Below, piece after piece: positions 17,770 through 26,426 of a stretch of 64,000 bases of DNA (the stretch's first letter is position 1; each line of letters begins with the position of its first letter). Source of the stretch: Pseudomonadota bacterium (GTDB lineage Bacteria; Desulfobacterota; Binatia; UBA9968); contig JAJPJQ010000051.1 of NCBI GenBank assembly GCA_021324155.1, positions 199,293 through 263,292 on the forward strand, in the 5' to 3' direction. The notes below the pieces were generated by a model. That model worked only from the letters and a program-made list of their open reading frames with translations. It did no database searches and was not told the DNA's origin. Position numbers and translations under genes: made by a program.

Positions 17770-18939
17770 TCAGCTCCACAATTGTTTGCTCGCGATGCGC
17801 GCGCCCTCGGCCATCGCTTTGAACTTGGCCCATACGACGGTTGGATGAATTTCTGGTTCAGCGGTCGCCTGCGAGGAGAAGCCGCAGTCGCTGCCGGCCA
17901 TGACATTCTCGCGCCCGACGATTTTGGCGTAACGCACGAGTCGCTCGGCAACGACCTCGGGATGCTCGACGATATTCGTCGTGTGGCTGATGACGCCGGG
18001 GATGATAATCTTTCCTTCCGGCAGCTTGATAGTTTCCCACACGCGCCATTCGTGCTCGTGGCGCGGATTGGCACCCTCGAACGAAAACGCGCCGGCTTTG
18101 ACGCGCAGCATGATATCGGCGATGTCTTTCAACCCGAGGTCGTGAATCCGCGGGCCGATGTTGATGCCGTAGCAAGTGTGGAAGCGGATTTTCTCCGGCG
18201 GAATGTCGCGCAGCGCGTGATTCAGCGCTTCGACGCGCAGGTCGGCCCATTGGCGGCTCTGCTCGACGGACTTGCTGGGATTCGCGTTGTAATACGACAC
18301 CAGGCGGGGGTCGTCGACTTGCAGCAACAAGCCGGCCGCGACGATCGCCTGATACTCCTCGCGCATCGCGTCCGCGATCGCGTAAATGTACGCCTCATCG
18401 TTAGGATAATATTCGTTCTTCCTTTGCGCCTCGATGTTTCCCGGCGAGGTCGAAGGCATAAACGCTTCCTCGACCTTCACGCCGTTCAAAGCAGCCTTGA
18501 AATTTTCGATGTCACGCTTGAGCGTCTCGTGGCCCTTGTAGGTCACGGGGCCGGTACAAAACAGCCCACTGGTGGATGAGACGGACTCGCCGCGCAACCG
18601 CGAATACCATGCGTAATACTCGGGAAAGTCCGCGATCTCGCGCGAGGCAACCCACGGCCCGGCGCGCGGCGGCGCCGGCCGCTGTTCGAATCCGGTGAGG
18701 CGCTCGCCGATGTAAGTGACGAAGCCGGGTTTCCCCTGCTCGCCGTCGCTCACGACATCGACGCCCGCCTCCGACTGGCGGCGCACGACGTCATTCACGG
18801 CACTGCGAACTTGCGCCTCGAATACCTGGCTGTCGTAGGGCCGGCCGCTCTCCTTGGCCGTCATCGTTGCGATCAGGTCCGCCGGCCGCGCCAGGCTGCC
18901 GACGAAGGTGGTCAGGATTCGACCGCTGCTCCGTTTCAT
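17770..18939 (-). CDS. cobalamin-independent methionine synthase II family protein (single barrel)
   Basis: TTFVGSL.RP, SDGEQ, QVDDP, HTCYG, SDCGF zinc ligands. Confidence 0.9.
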   Translation of the reverse strand: MKRSSGRILTTFVGSLARPADLIATMTAKESGRPYDSQVFEAQVRSAVNDVVRRQSEAGVDVVSDGEQGKPGFVTYIGERLTGFEQRPAPPRAGPWVASREIADFPEYYAWYSRLRGESVSSTSGLFCTGPVTYKGHETLKRDIENFKAALNGVKVEEAFMPSTSPGNIEAQRKNEYYPNDEAYIYAIADAMREEYQAIVAAGLLLQVDDPRLVSYYNANPSKSVEQSRQWADLRVEALNHALRDIPPEKIRFHTCYGINIGPRIHDLGLKDIADIMLRVKAGAFSFEGANPRHEHEWRVWETIKLPEGKIIIPGVISHTTNIVEHPEVVAERLVRYAKIVGRENVMAGSDCGFSSQATAEPEIHPTVVWAKFKAMAEGARIASKQLWS

Positions 18940-19117
18940 TTTGGATCCTTTCCAGTTAGTTTGCGCGCGGGCGCGCGCCGCCTTTGACGCATAGTCCATC
19001 GCGCGCTGCGGGTCAATGTTGACCGCCGCTTGACCCTTTCGGCTCGGGGATAGTAGACGACGACATGCCGGCCGTTCGGCTGATCACGTTGACGAGCGAT
19101 CTCCGGGGCCGCGGCGC
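18912..19117. repeat. direct repeat copy 1 (~205 bp): metE-like 5' end, divergent promoter and first codons of ORF 20303
   Basis: Aligns with 20150-20354 with 6 substitutions and 1 indel by manual comparison. Confidence 0.95.
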
Positions 19118-19121
19118 AAAA

Positions 19122-19141
19122 AAGGCGGCGGGAGTCTTTTC
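19122..19141. repeat. left inverted repeat (REP-like)
   Basis: AAGGCGGCGGGAGTCTTTTC; 18/20 match to the reverse complement of 20121-20140. Confidence 0.8.
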
Positions 19142-19180
19142 TTGAACAACGGAACGGGCCGCGCGATAGAAGCCTTGCTC

Positions 19181-19256
19181 ATACCGCGCCGTCCGCGCAT
19201 CGCTACTGGCGGACTAGCTTACCACGTGCTCAACCGGCGCGTCGGCCGGCTGCGGT
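19181..19256 (+). pseudogene. N-terminal remnant of REP-associated tyrosine transposase (RAYT/Y1 HUH)
   Basis: (ATA)PRRPRIATGGLAYHVLNRRVGRL matches the RAYT N-terminal MPR..R....YHV.NR pattern; start codon decayed. Confidence 0.75.
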
Positions 19257-19295
19257 TGCGCGCGAATTCCGCGTTCGCCGCAACCATACCTACGA

Positions 19296-19470
19296 GTGAA
19301 AAGAGGAGCTCACCAGTACATTGCGGACGCTTTTCCGGGCATAGGGCGGCGCTCTGCGGCCAAAGACGAAGTGACGCGTCTGTGTGGAGCGGGTCAAGGA
19401 GGAGCGGGGCATCCTAAAAAAAGCGGCAGTGTACTTTGCCAAGGAGCTCAAGAGAAGTACGCGTTTATTG
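19296..19470 (+). pseudogene. IS3-family transposase remnant (OrfA C-terminus / OrfB start)
   Basis: AFPGIGR...DEVTRL, then ERVKEERGILKKAAVYFAKE, then KYAFI in a shifted frame. Confidence 0.75.
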
Positions 19471-19519
19471 GAGGCTCAGAGGGAAGCGGAGCCGCAAGGG
19501 AAGTCTTTACCTCTTCACT

Positions 19520-20023
19520 TCAACAGCGATCCGAAAGTCGGAGACCCGAGAGTCGGGCCGTCGAAAGCTTCAGGTGACTATGCAGACCTCCGATGACGGC
19601 CGCCCGCTCCATCAAAGCCGTCAATTGTCCTTCGTGCGCCACCTCGAAGAGCAGAATGGACGCGAGACGCAGCTGATTTTCTGCAACGTAGGCACGCAGC
19701 TGCTCGTCGCTCCCGATCTTCCAGATGCGTCCGAAAGCACGCATCACCGCAAGGACAGTAGGTGCTACGTCGGAAAGACCGGCTGTATCGAGGAGCTTCG
19801 GAAGCGACTCTGGCGATTCTTCATGAACCAAAGCGGTTAACCTTAACGCGATGATTTCCGCATAGTCCTTATCGGCGGCCGTCTCTACGCGCCGGTAAAC
19901 CTCGCCTATATGCTCGAAGAGTTTCACCGGAAATTTTCCAAGCCGACTCCCGGCGGCGGCGCTGGCGATACTCGAATACGAGCCGGGTCGCGAAATCAGT
20001 TGTCGAAGGTCCGAATCACTCAT
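19520..20023 (-). CDS. hypothetical cargo protein (167 aa)
   Basis: ORF inside the IR-bounded cassette; atypical codon usage. Confidence 0.5.
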   Translation of the reverse strand: MSDSDLRQLISRPGSYSSIASAAAGSRLGKFPVKLFEHIGEVYRRVETAADKDYAEIIALRLTALVHEESPESLPKLLDTAGLSDVAPTVLAVMRAFGRIWKIGSDEQLRAYVAENQLRLASILLFEVAHEGQLTALMERAAVIGGLHSHLKLSTARLSGLRLSDRC

Positions 20024-20120
20024 GCTGGTAGAAAGTTGGGATCGGTGAGCTGACCCGCATATCTAACTTAACAACTTCTTTTCTAAGATTGGCTTGCCTG
20101 TTCACTCACTGCCACCGCCG

Positions 20121-20140
20121 GAAAAGACTCCCGACCCCTT
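20121..20140. repeat. right inverted repeat (REP-like GAAAAGACTCCCGACCCCTT)
   Basis: Inverted partner of 19122-19141. Confidence 0.8.
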
Positions 20141-20149
20141 AAATTCCGT

Positions 20150-20354
20150 TCAGGATTCGACCGCTGCTCCGTTTCGTTTTGGATCCTTTTCAGTTAGTTT
20201 GCGCGCGGGCGCGCGCCACCTTTGACGCATAGTCCATCGCGCGCTGCGGGTCAATGTTGACCGCCGCTTGACCCATTCGGCTCCGGGATAGTAGACGACG
20301 ACATGCCGGCCGTTCGGCTGATCAAGTTGACGAGCGATCTCCGGGGCGCGGCGC
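20150..20354. repeat. direct repeat copy 2 (~205 bp)
   Basis: See copy 1; metE-like start CAT changed to CGT here. Confidence 0.95.
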
Positions 20355-21910
20355 GGCTCGCGCGATCGCTGCCGGCGTTTTTGCGCGCGCGCGTCACGGC
20401 GCGAGACGCCGAAGCGGAGATCGAGCGAGGCGTCCGAGAACGCGAAAAACGTCTTCTCGAATCCGCGCGCGATTGGATCTACGGCAACTCCGACAGCCCC
20501 TATCTCAAACTCCTAAAGCACGCCGGCTGCGAGTTCGCGGATCTCGAGGCCGAGGTCGGGAGCCGCGGCCTGGAGGCGGCGCTTGAGAATTTGGCGCGCG
20601 CAGGCGTCTATCTCACCGACGACGAGCTTAAGGGGAAAAAGGAAATCGTGCGGGGAGAATGCTCCTTCCGCGTTCGCCCGGCCGACCTAGAGCTGCCGGA
20701 CGCGCCTGCCGGCTTTGCTGTCGAGAGCAGCGGCACCGGCAACCGTCCAGTGCGTTCCCAGATCCGTCTCGACTATCTCGCGGCCCGAGCGTACATAACG
20801 GCCGTCTTTTTCTCCGCGCACGATCTTTGGGCCGCCTCGCACGCGCTTTACGACGCGATTCTTCCGGGCGGCGGCGGAGTGAACAACCTGCTCGTCTATG
20901 CGAAATTGGGCATCAGCACCGATCGGTGGTTCGCGCGTAAGATTCCCGCCGACAATCGCCTGGCCGCCTGGTACCATTACCTGCTCACGCAGCTGATCGT
21001 GCTCAACGGTAATTGGTTCGGCCCGGGCTTTCCGGCACCTGAATTCACCGATATCGCCGACGCGCCGCGCATCGTCCGCTGGGCTGCCGGGAAGCGCCGC
21101 CAAGGGACGCGCTGCTGTATCACCACCGCCGCCAGCAACGCGGCACGCATCGCGCGCGCGGCATGGGACATGGGCGAGTCGCTTGCGGGCGCGCGATTCA
21201 TCGTGAGCGGCGAGCCGTTCACGGACGCGAAGCGCGCTCTGATCGAGCGCGCCGGCGCCTTCGCAACATCGCGCTACGCGTACGGCGGCGGCGTCATGGT
21301 CGGTTACGGCTGCGGCGCGCCGGTAGCCGGCGACGACGTCCATGTCGACGAGACCAGGCTCGCGCTCATCGAGCATCCCGCGCCACTCCCGGATATCGAC
21401 CCTGTAATCCGTCCGCTGCTTTTGACCACGCTGCACCCTTCGGCCGGCTCCCGCTTTCTGCTCAACGTCGCGAACGGCGACTACGCCGAGCTCGCGCGAA
21501 GGAGCTGCGGCTGCGCGCTCGAAAAGAGCGGCCTTACGCTCCACGTCCACGAAATCCGCAGCTACGAGAAATTCACGAGCGAGGGAATGAACTACTTCTA
21601 CGGCGATCTGTATGAATTCTTCGAGCGCACGCTGCCCGCCGAGTTCGGCGGCGCGGCCGGCGACTACCAGCTCGTGGAAGAAGAAGATGAGACGGGTCAA
21701 ACCCGCCTCACGCTGATGGTCCACCCCATGATCGGCACCTTCGACGAGAGCAAGCTGCTGCTCCGGCTTCAGCGCCGGCTGGCCGATGGCTCTCCCGCCA
21801 ACCGCTTTCAGGCCGAAATCTGGCGTCGCGCGGGGACCTGCAGGATTCGCAGGGAGGCGCCGCGCGCGAGTCCGCGCGGCAAAATTCTGCCGCTGCAATT
21901 CAGGCGCTGA
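20303..21910 (+). CDS. divergent phenylacetate-CoA ligase/CapK-like adenylate-forming protein
   Basis: P-loop-like ESSGTGNRP, SGEP, LLTTLHP, NVANGDYA, CGC motifs. Confidence 0.6.
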   Translation: MPAVRLIKLTSDLRGAARLARSLPAFLRARVTARDAEAEIERGVREREKRLLESARDWIYGNSDSPYLKLLKHAGCEFADLEAEVGSRGLEAALENLARAGVYLTDDELKGKKEIVRGECSFRVRPADLELPDAPAGFAVESSGTGNRPVRSQIRLDYLAARAYITAVFFSAHDLWAASHALYDAILPGGGGVNNLLVYAKLGISTDRWFARKIPADNRLAAWYHYLLTQLIVLNGNWFGPGFPAPEFTDIADAPRIVRWAAGKRRQGTRCCITTAASNAARIARAAWDMGESLAGARFIVSGEPFTDAKRALIERAGAFATSRYAYGGGVMVGYGCGAPVAGDDVHVDETRLALIEHPAPLPDIDPVIRPLLLTTLHPSAGSRFLLNVANGDYAELARRSCGCALEKSGLTLHVHEIRSYEKFTSEGMNYFYGDLYEFFERTLPAEFGGAAGDYQLVEEEDETGQTRLTLMVHPMIGTFDESKLLLRLQRRLADGSPANRFQAEIWRRAGTCRIRREAPRASPRGKILPLQFRR

Positions 21911-21965
21911 GCCGCGCGTTAATTTGACACGGCGGCTTAATAAATTTATACATAGTTATCTTTAA

Positions 21966-22025
21966 GGGCGATGGGGTTCGCCAGCTAAACCATTCGCCGC
22001 GGTTCGCGAATTGATGACCCCTACT
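21966..22025 (+). ncRNA. fluoride riboswitch (crcB motif)
   Basis: GGCGATGGGGTTCGCC...AAACC...TGATGACCCCTAC directly upstream of crcB; TTGACA box at 21924. Confidence 0.95.
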
Positions 22026-22055
22026 TCAAGGAATTGGAGTAGGGGTCTTTTTTTT
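22016..22055 (+). terminator. riboswitch expression-platform terminator
   Basis: GACCCCTACT/AGTAGGGGTC stem plus T8, overlapping the aptamer 3' strand. Confidence 0.9.
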
Positions 22056-22066
22056 GGAGGTGGTAA

Positions 22067-22441
22067 ATGGCTCAGATCGCAGCGGTAGGCGTGGGGGGTT
22101 TTCTCGGTTCGATACTTCGGTATCTTCTCAGCGGATGGGTTCACCGGACGCTGGCGAGCGATTGGTTCCCCTATGGCACACTCGCAGTCAACGTCATCGG
22201 CTGTCTGCTCATCGGATTTTTAGCGGGAGTGGAAGAAAAACACGCCGTCTTCACGGCGGACGTTCGCCTATTTATTTTCATCGGAATCGTAGGAGGTTTT
22301 ACTACATTTTCAGCGTTCGCGTATGAAACCGTTCTGTTAGCGCGCAATGCTCAACTGCTGACTGCATTCGCGAACGTGCTTGTCGAGCTTACGGCGGGAT
22401 TATTCGCGGTCGGCATCGGTCACTGGCTGAGTCGCTTTTAG
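22067..22441 (+). CDS. crcB: fluoride efflux channel CrcB/FluC
   Basis: GGFLGSILRY, FPYGTLAVN, GGFTTFSAF. Confidence 0.97.
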   Translation: MAQIAAVGVGGFLGSILRYLLSGWVHRTLASDWFPYGTLAVNVIGCLLIGFLAGVEEKHAVFTADVRLFIFIGIVGGFTTFSAFAYETVLLARNAQLLTAFANVLVELTAGLFAVGIGHWLSRF

Positions 22442-22519
22442 ACTGAATGCCTCAAACTTCGCGGCGCGCTGTAAGCGCTGCGCTTGACCGTGCCCCTTCG
22501 AGAATAGTAGACGAAAGCC

Positions 22520-23530
22520 ATGCCCAAACTAACTTTGAGTTTCGCCTCCGCCTACAACGACCGCGTCGAGCCGCTGATGGACGGCACCGTCGAGGTCGAA
22601 GGCATGGAATTCGTCCCGACGCATTCCGGCCCGAGCGAGACCTTCTATCGCCAGCTCAAGTTCTTCGAGTTCGACGTCTCCGAGATGTCGCTGTCATCGT
22701 ATATCATCGCCCGGGCGCGCGGCGTCGACATGGTCGCGATTCCCGTCTTCCCGAGCCGCCGGCTGTTTCATACGGAAGTCGCCTACAACGCCGATTCCGG
22801 CGTCAAGGCGCCGGGCGATCTCGTCGGCAAGCGCATCGGCGTAGCCGAATACCAGCAGACCGCCGCGCTCTGGACGCGCGGCGTTTTGGACCACGACTTC
22901 GGCGTCTCCCAGTACAAAGTGCACTGGTATATGGAGCGCACCGAGGAGCTGAGCCACGGCGGCGCGACCGGTTTTCAGCCCCCGGCGGGCATCTCGTTCC
23001 AGCGCATCCCAACCGACAAGAGCCTCGCGTCGATGCTGCTCGCGGGTGAGCTCGATGCGGCAGCCGTCGTCGGACCGTGGACGCGCGCCGAAAGCTTCGT
23101 CGACCGCTCGCGGCGCATTCCCGGCAGCGGCGATTGGAGCAGGATTAAGCTGCTGTTTCCCGATAAGATCGCCGAGACCAAGCGCTTCTTCCATACGCAC
23201 GGTTTCCTGCCCGCGAACCACACCTATATCGTCCGCGGTTCGATCTATCGCCAGAACCCGTGGATTGCGATCAATCTCTTCAACGGCTTCGTTAAGGCCA
23301 AGGCGCTCGCGGCGCAGAAAATGATCGACCGCATTCCGTCCGGGCTTTTCTTCGGCAAGGAATATGCCGCGATGACGCGCGAGGTCGTCGGCGACGACCC
23401 ATTCGCCTACGGCATCAAGGCGAACCGGAAGATGCTTACGACTCTGATCGACTATTCGCATGAGCAGGGGCTGATCAAGGACAAGCCGAGGATCGAGGAA
23501 CTATTCGCGGAATCGACCCGCGATTTATGA
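22520..23530 (+). CDS. 4,5-dihydroxyphthalate decarboxylase-like (OphD/SBP-fold) protein
   Basis: EFDVSEMSLSSY, IPVFPSR, YQQTAALW.RG, DPFAYGIKANR..L..YSHEQG. Confidence 0.8.
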   Translation: MPKLTLSFASAYNDRVEPLMDGTVEVEGMEFVPTHSGPSETFYRQLKFFEFDVSEMSLSSYIIARARGVDMVAIPVFPSRRLFHTEVAYNADSGVKAPGDLVGKRIGVAEYQQTAALWTRGVLDHDFGVSQYKVHWYMERTEELSHGGATGFQPPAGISFQRIPTDKSLASMLLAGELDAAAVVGPWTRAESFVDRSRRIPGSGDWSRIKLLFPDKIAETKRFFHTHGFLPANHTYIVRGSIYRQNPWIAINLFNGFVKAKALAAQKMIDRIPSGLFFGKEYAAMTREVVGDDPFAYGIKANRKMLTTLIDYSHEQGLIKDKPRIEELFAESTRDL

Positions 23531-23538
23531 TCCGGATA

Positions 23539-23714
23539 TTGGGGGCTTTAAACCCGCCCCTACATTAGGAATCGCTGGTCAAATCACAAACCAGCGCAAC
23601 ACTCGTCGAGCGATACTGCAATGACGGGCGTATCTGAGATAGGGGCGACCCGCGAACCGTCGACAACGGATCAAAAGATCTTCATTCGTAGGGCCGGGTT
23701 TCAAACCCGCGCGT
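23539..23714. repeat. degenerate GTAG-type REP palindromes
   Basis: ...TTTAAACCCGCCCCTAC (23547-23563), ATAGGGGCGACCCGC (~23639), GTAGGGCCGGGTTTCAAACCCGC (23688-23710). Confidence 0.6.
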
Positions 23715-23717
23715 TTT

Positions 23718-24398
23718 TCACAAAGTCCAGATATCATACAGCAATTCCATCCGTCTGAACGTATGCTTGCGCGTTAATTCCTGAAGCTCGGGCGACGTGA
23801 TGTATTTCACGGCGATCTCCTCGGCGAGGCTGCCGTGATCTTCGTCGGCCTCCGAATGCACGGTGAAAAACCGCACATCCTCGGGATCCATTTTATAATT
23901 CTTGATGAACCCATGGCCGAGCGCCGCGGCTGCCGGTCCAAATGTTCCTTCGGCGCCGATCTGGATCGCCATGACGACGAACCACGGCAGCGTGTGGATG
24001 ATGAGCTCGACGTAATAGAGATGCGCCGCCGTCGACGGCGTCAGCTCGGCGTTCTCCAGATCGCTGCGCTTTAGGCCGACAGACTCCGCGAAGCGGATCG
24101 CGAGCTGATTGTGGCCGGCGGTGCCGGTGTCCATTCCGCGCGTCTCCTCCTCGACCACGCCCCAGAGCTTCTGAGCGATCTCGGGATCGGTGCAGGCGAG
24201 ATAGCGCAGCATCGCGATGCGCGGCACGGTGGCGCGGAACTGATAGTCCTGAATCGCCCAGGCGCGGATTTGCTCCATCGTCGCCGTGCCATTGCACACC
24301 GCCTTCAGGAACGGATGCTTGATGCGGATTTTTGGAAAAGCCTGAATATCTTTTTTAAGCTGCTTGACGAATTCTGCCGATGAAAGCTCCTGGGCCAT
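23718..24398 (-). CDS. heme-oxygenase-like diiron enzyme (PqqC/TenA/CADD family)
   Basis: KHPFL, EEE..G...H, GAEG, FFTVHSEADEDH ligand pattern. Confidence 0.85.
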   Translation of the reverse strand: MAQELSSAEFVKQLKKDIQAFPKIRIKHPFLKAVCNGTATMEQIRAWAIQDYQFRATVPRIAMLRYLACTDPEIAQKLWGVVEEETRGMDTGTAGHNQLAIRFAESVGLKRSDLENAELTPSTAAHLYYVELIIHTLPWFVVMAIQIGAEGTFGPAAAALGHGFIKNYKMDPEDVRFFTVHSEADEDHGSLAEEIAVKYITSPELQELTRKHTFRRMELLYDIWTL

Positions 24399-24413
24399 AA
24401 TTCCTCCTAAAAA

Positions 24414-24496
24414 CGTTTCACGTTTCGCGTCGCAAGTTTCACGTACCGGAGCGCTCTCTGATTTCGACCTGAACCTGAAACGTGAAACCTGTAACC
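24414..24496. repeat. heptamer-repeat palindrome (GTTTCRN / NYGAAAC)
   Basis: cgtttca cgtttcg cgtcgca agtttca ... cctgaac ctgaaac gtgaaac ctgtaac. Confidence 0.7.
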
Positions 24497-24498
24497 AC

Positions 24499-25191
24499 TT
24501 ATTTTTTTAACCGGCTGACATAGTATTCCCAGCCGCGCTGCGGGAAGCGCTCGTCCGCGCTGAAGGTCTCCAGCTCCTCGGCCGTGAGCCAGCGCGGCTC
24601 GCCGTGGAGCAGCGCCAGATGCGCGAGCTCGCCCAGCTTGGCGAGGCGGATCGTCCGCTGCACCGACTGCTCAATCGTCTCGCCCACCACAGCGTCGCCG
24701 TGCGCGCGCAGCAGCACCGCCGGGCCTTTGCCCAGCGCTTTGGCGAGCGCGTCGCCGCGCTCGATCGTACGCACCAGCCCGGCGGCCTCGTAGAGCGGCA
24801 GGCCGTCGGCCGAGAGAAATTTCCCATAGTGGTGCAGCAGCTTGAGCTTGATCGGCAGCACGCTGAACAGCGTGCTCCAGACCGAGTGCGTGTGGCAGAC
24901 GCTCATCACATCGGGACGCGTTTTGAAAATGCAGGCGTGAATCGGCCATTCGTTCGGCGGCGTCTTCTCGCCGCCTAGATGATTGCCGGCAAAATCGAGC
25001 ATGCAGAGCCGCTCGACGGTCGCAAGACCGGGGCTCACATTGGCGATCGTGAAAAATGCGTCGGCGCCGGGGACGCGCGCGCCGATGTGGCCGTAGCCGT
25101 CGGTGATGCCTTCGTGATCGAGAATCCGGCACGCGGTTACGAGGGTTTGTTTGACTTTGTCCAGCGCGGGGTCATTGAACGAGACGGCCAT
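24499..25191 (-). CDS. class II aldolase/adducin family protein
   Basis: GHIGAR, PNEWPIH, CHTHS, LLRAHG; GGAGG RBS before ATG 25191. Confidence 0.9.
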   Translation of the reverse strand: MAVSFNDPALDKVKQTLVTACRILDHEGITDGYGHIGARVPGADAFFTIANVSPGLATVERLCMLDFAGNHLGGEKTPPNEWPIHACIFKTRPDVMSVCHTHSVWSTLFSVLPIKLKLLHHYGKFLSADGLPLYEAAGLVRTIERGDALAKALGKGPAVLLRAHGDAVVGETIEQSVQRTIRLAKLGELAHLALLHGEPRWLTAEELETFSADERFPQRGWEYYVSRLKK

Positions 25192-25250
25192 CGGTCCTCC
25201 ATTGTTGTACGCGTTCATATCTATGCGTCCCGCCCGGATACTGTCAAGAC

Positions 25251-25295
25251 GAGTTGATTGGGTTTGTAGGGTTGATTGAGTTGTTTGGGTTGAAT
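25251..25295. repeat. nonamer tandem repeat (G(A/G)GTTNNWW x5)
   Basis: gagttgatt gggtttgta gggttgatt gagttgttt gggttgaat. Confidence 0.6.
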
Positions 25296-25414
25296 TCGAT
25301 AAGGCGAAACCAGAACAAACCGATAGACCCCTCGCGCCGCGAAGGAAATTTCGGTCTTGCAGGGTATGAGATTTTCACTTTAGAATACGCCTGACCGTCG
25401 TCGAGGAGGGCAAT

Positions 25415-26410
25415 ATGAAAAAGCTCACTGTCGGCATCGATCTGGTCCCGCTCACGCGGCGGCAACTCCTGCGCGGCGCAGCTATCGGCGCCGGAGCGGC
25501 ACTGTTACCCTGGGATGTCGCCCGCGCGCAGGCAACCAAGCTCCAGGTCGGCACGATCAAGATCGGCGACCTCTCGCCGTTCTTCATTGCCCAGGAAAAA
25601 GGCTACTTCAAAGAAGCCGGCCTCGACATCAACCCGGTCGCGATGGTCGGTGGCGCGGCGATCCAGCCTGCGCTCGCCTCCGGCGCCCTCAACATCGGCT
25701 GGTCGAACGTCGTGTCGACGTTCCAGGGCCACCAGGAGGGCTTCGACTATCGGTTCATCACGAGCGGCGCGCTCGCTAAACGCGGGACCAACGAGGTCTT
25801 CGGCGTTCAAGTCGCGGCCGATTCGCCGATCAAGTCGGCGAAGGATCTCGCCGGCAAGACCATCGCAACCAACACGATCGGAAACATCACGCAGGCGATC
25901 GGCTCGCATTGGGTCGACAACAACGGCGGCGACTCCTCGAAGCTCAAATGGGTCGAGGTGCCGTTTCCGAACATGGAAGCGGCCGTCGTGCAAAAGCACA
26001 TCGATGCCTTCACCGCCGTCGAGCCGTTCGTGACCGTGCCGTCGCAGGTGAACAAAAAAACCCGCGTGCTCGCGCGGCCGGCTGGGGGCATCGCGCCGCG
26101 CTTCATGATCGCGTCGTTTTTCGCGAGCGACGCGTGGATTCAAAAAAACGAAGGCACCGTCAAGGCCTTCGTCGGCGCGCTCCACCGCGGCATCGATACG
26201 CATAATGCCGATCTCGATGGCGCGAAGGTCATCATCGGCAAACACACCGGCTTATCGCCCGATGTCCTGAAGGTCATGACGCTGACCGCTTTCGAAAAAA
26301 AGCTGCTCGAATCCGATCTCGAGCCGATCATGGATTTGGCGCTGCGGTACAAGCTGATCAACAGAAAATTCCCCGTGCGTGACGTGATAGCGAAGTTCGC
26401 GCTCGCGTAA
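25415..26410 (+). CDS. SsuA/THI5(NMT1)-like SBP with Tat signal
   Basis: TRRQLLRG Tat motif; KGYFKEAGLD, DLAGKTIA. Confidence 0.9.
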   Translation: MKKLTVGIDLVPLTRRQLLRGAAIGAGAALLPWDVARAQATKLQVGTIKIGDLSPFFIAQEKGYFKEAGLDINPVAMVGGAAIQPALASGALNIGWSNVVSTFQGHQEGFDYRFITSGALAKRGTNEVFGVQVAADSPIKSAKDLAGKTIATNTIGNITQAIGSHWVDNNGGDSSKLKWVEVPFPNMEAAVVQKHIDAFTAVEPFVTVPSQVNKKTRVLARPAGGIAPRFMIASFFASDAWIQKNEGTVKAFVGALHRGIDTHNADLDGAKVIIGKHTGLSPDVLKVMTLTAFEKKLLESDLEPIMDLALRYKLINRKFPVRDVIAKFALA

Positions 26411-26426
26411 GCCAAGCCGAAGGAGC

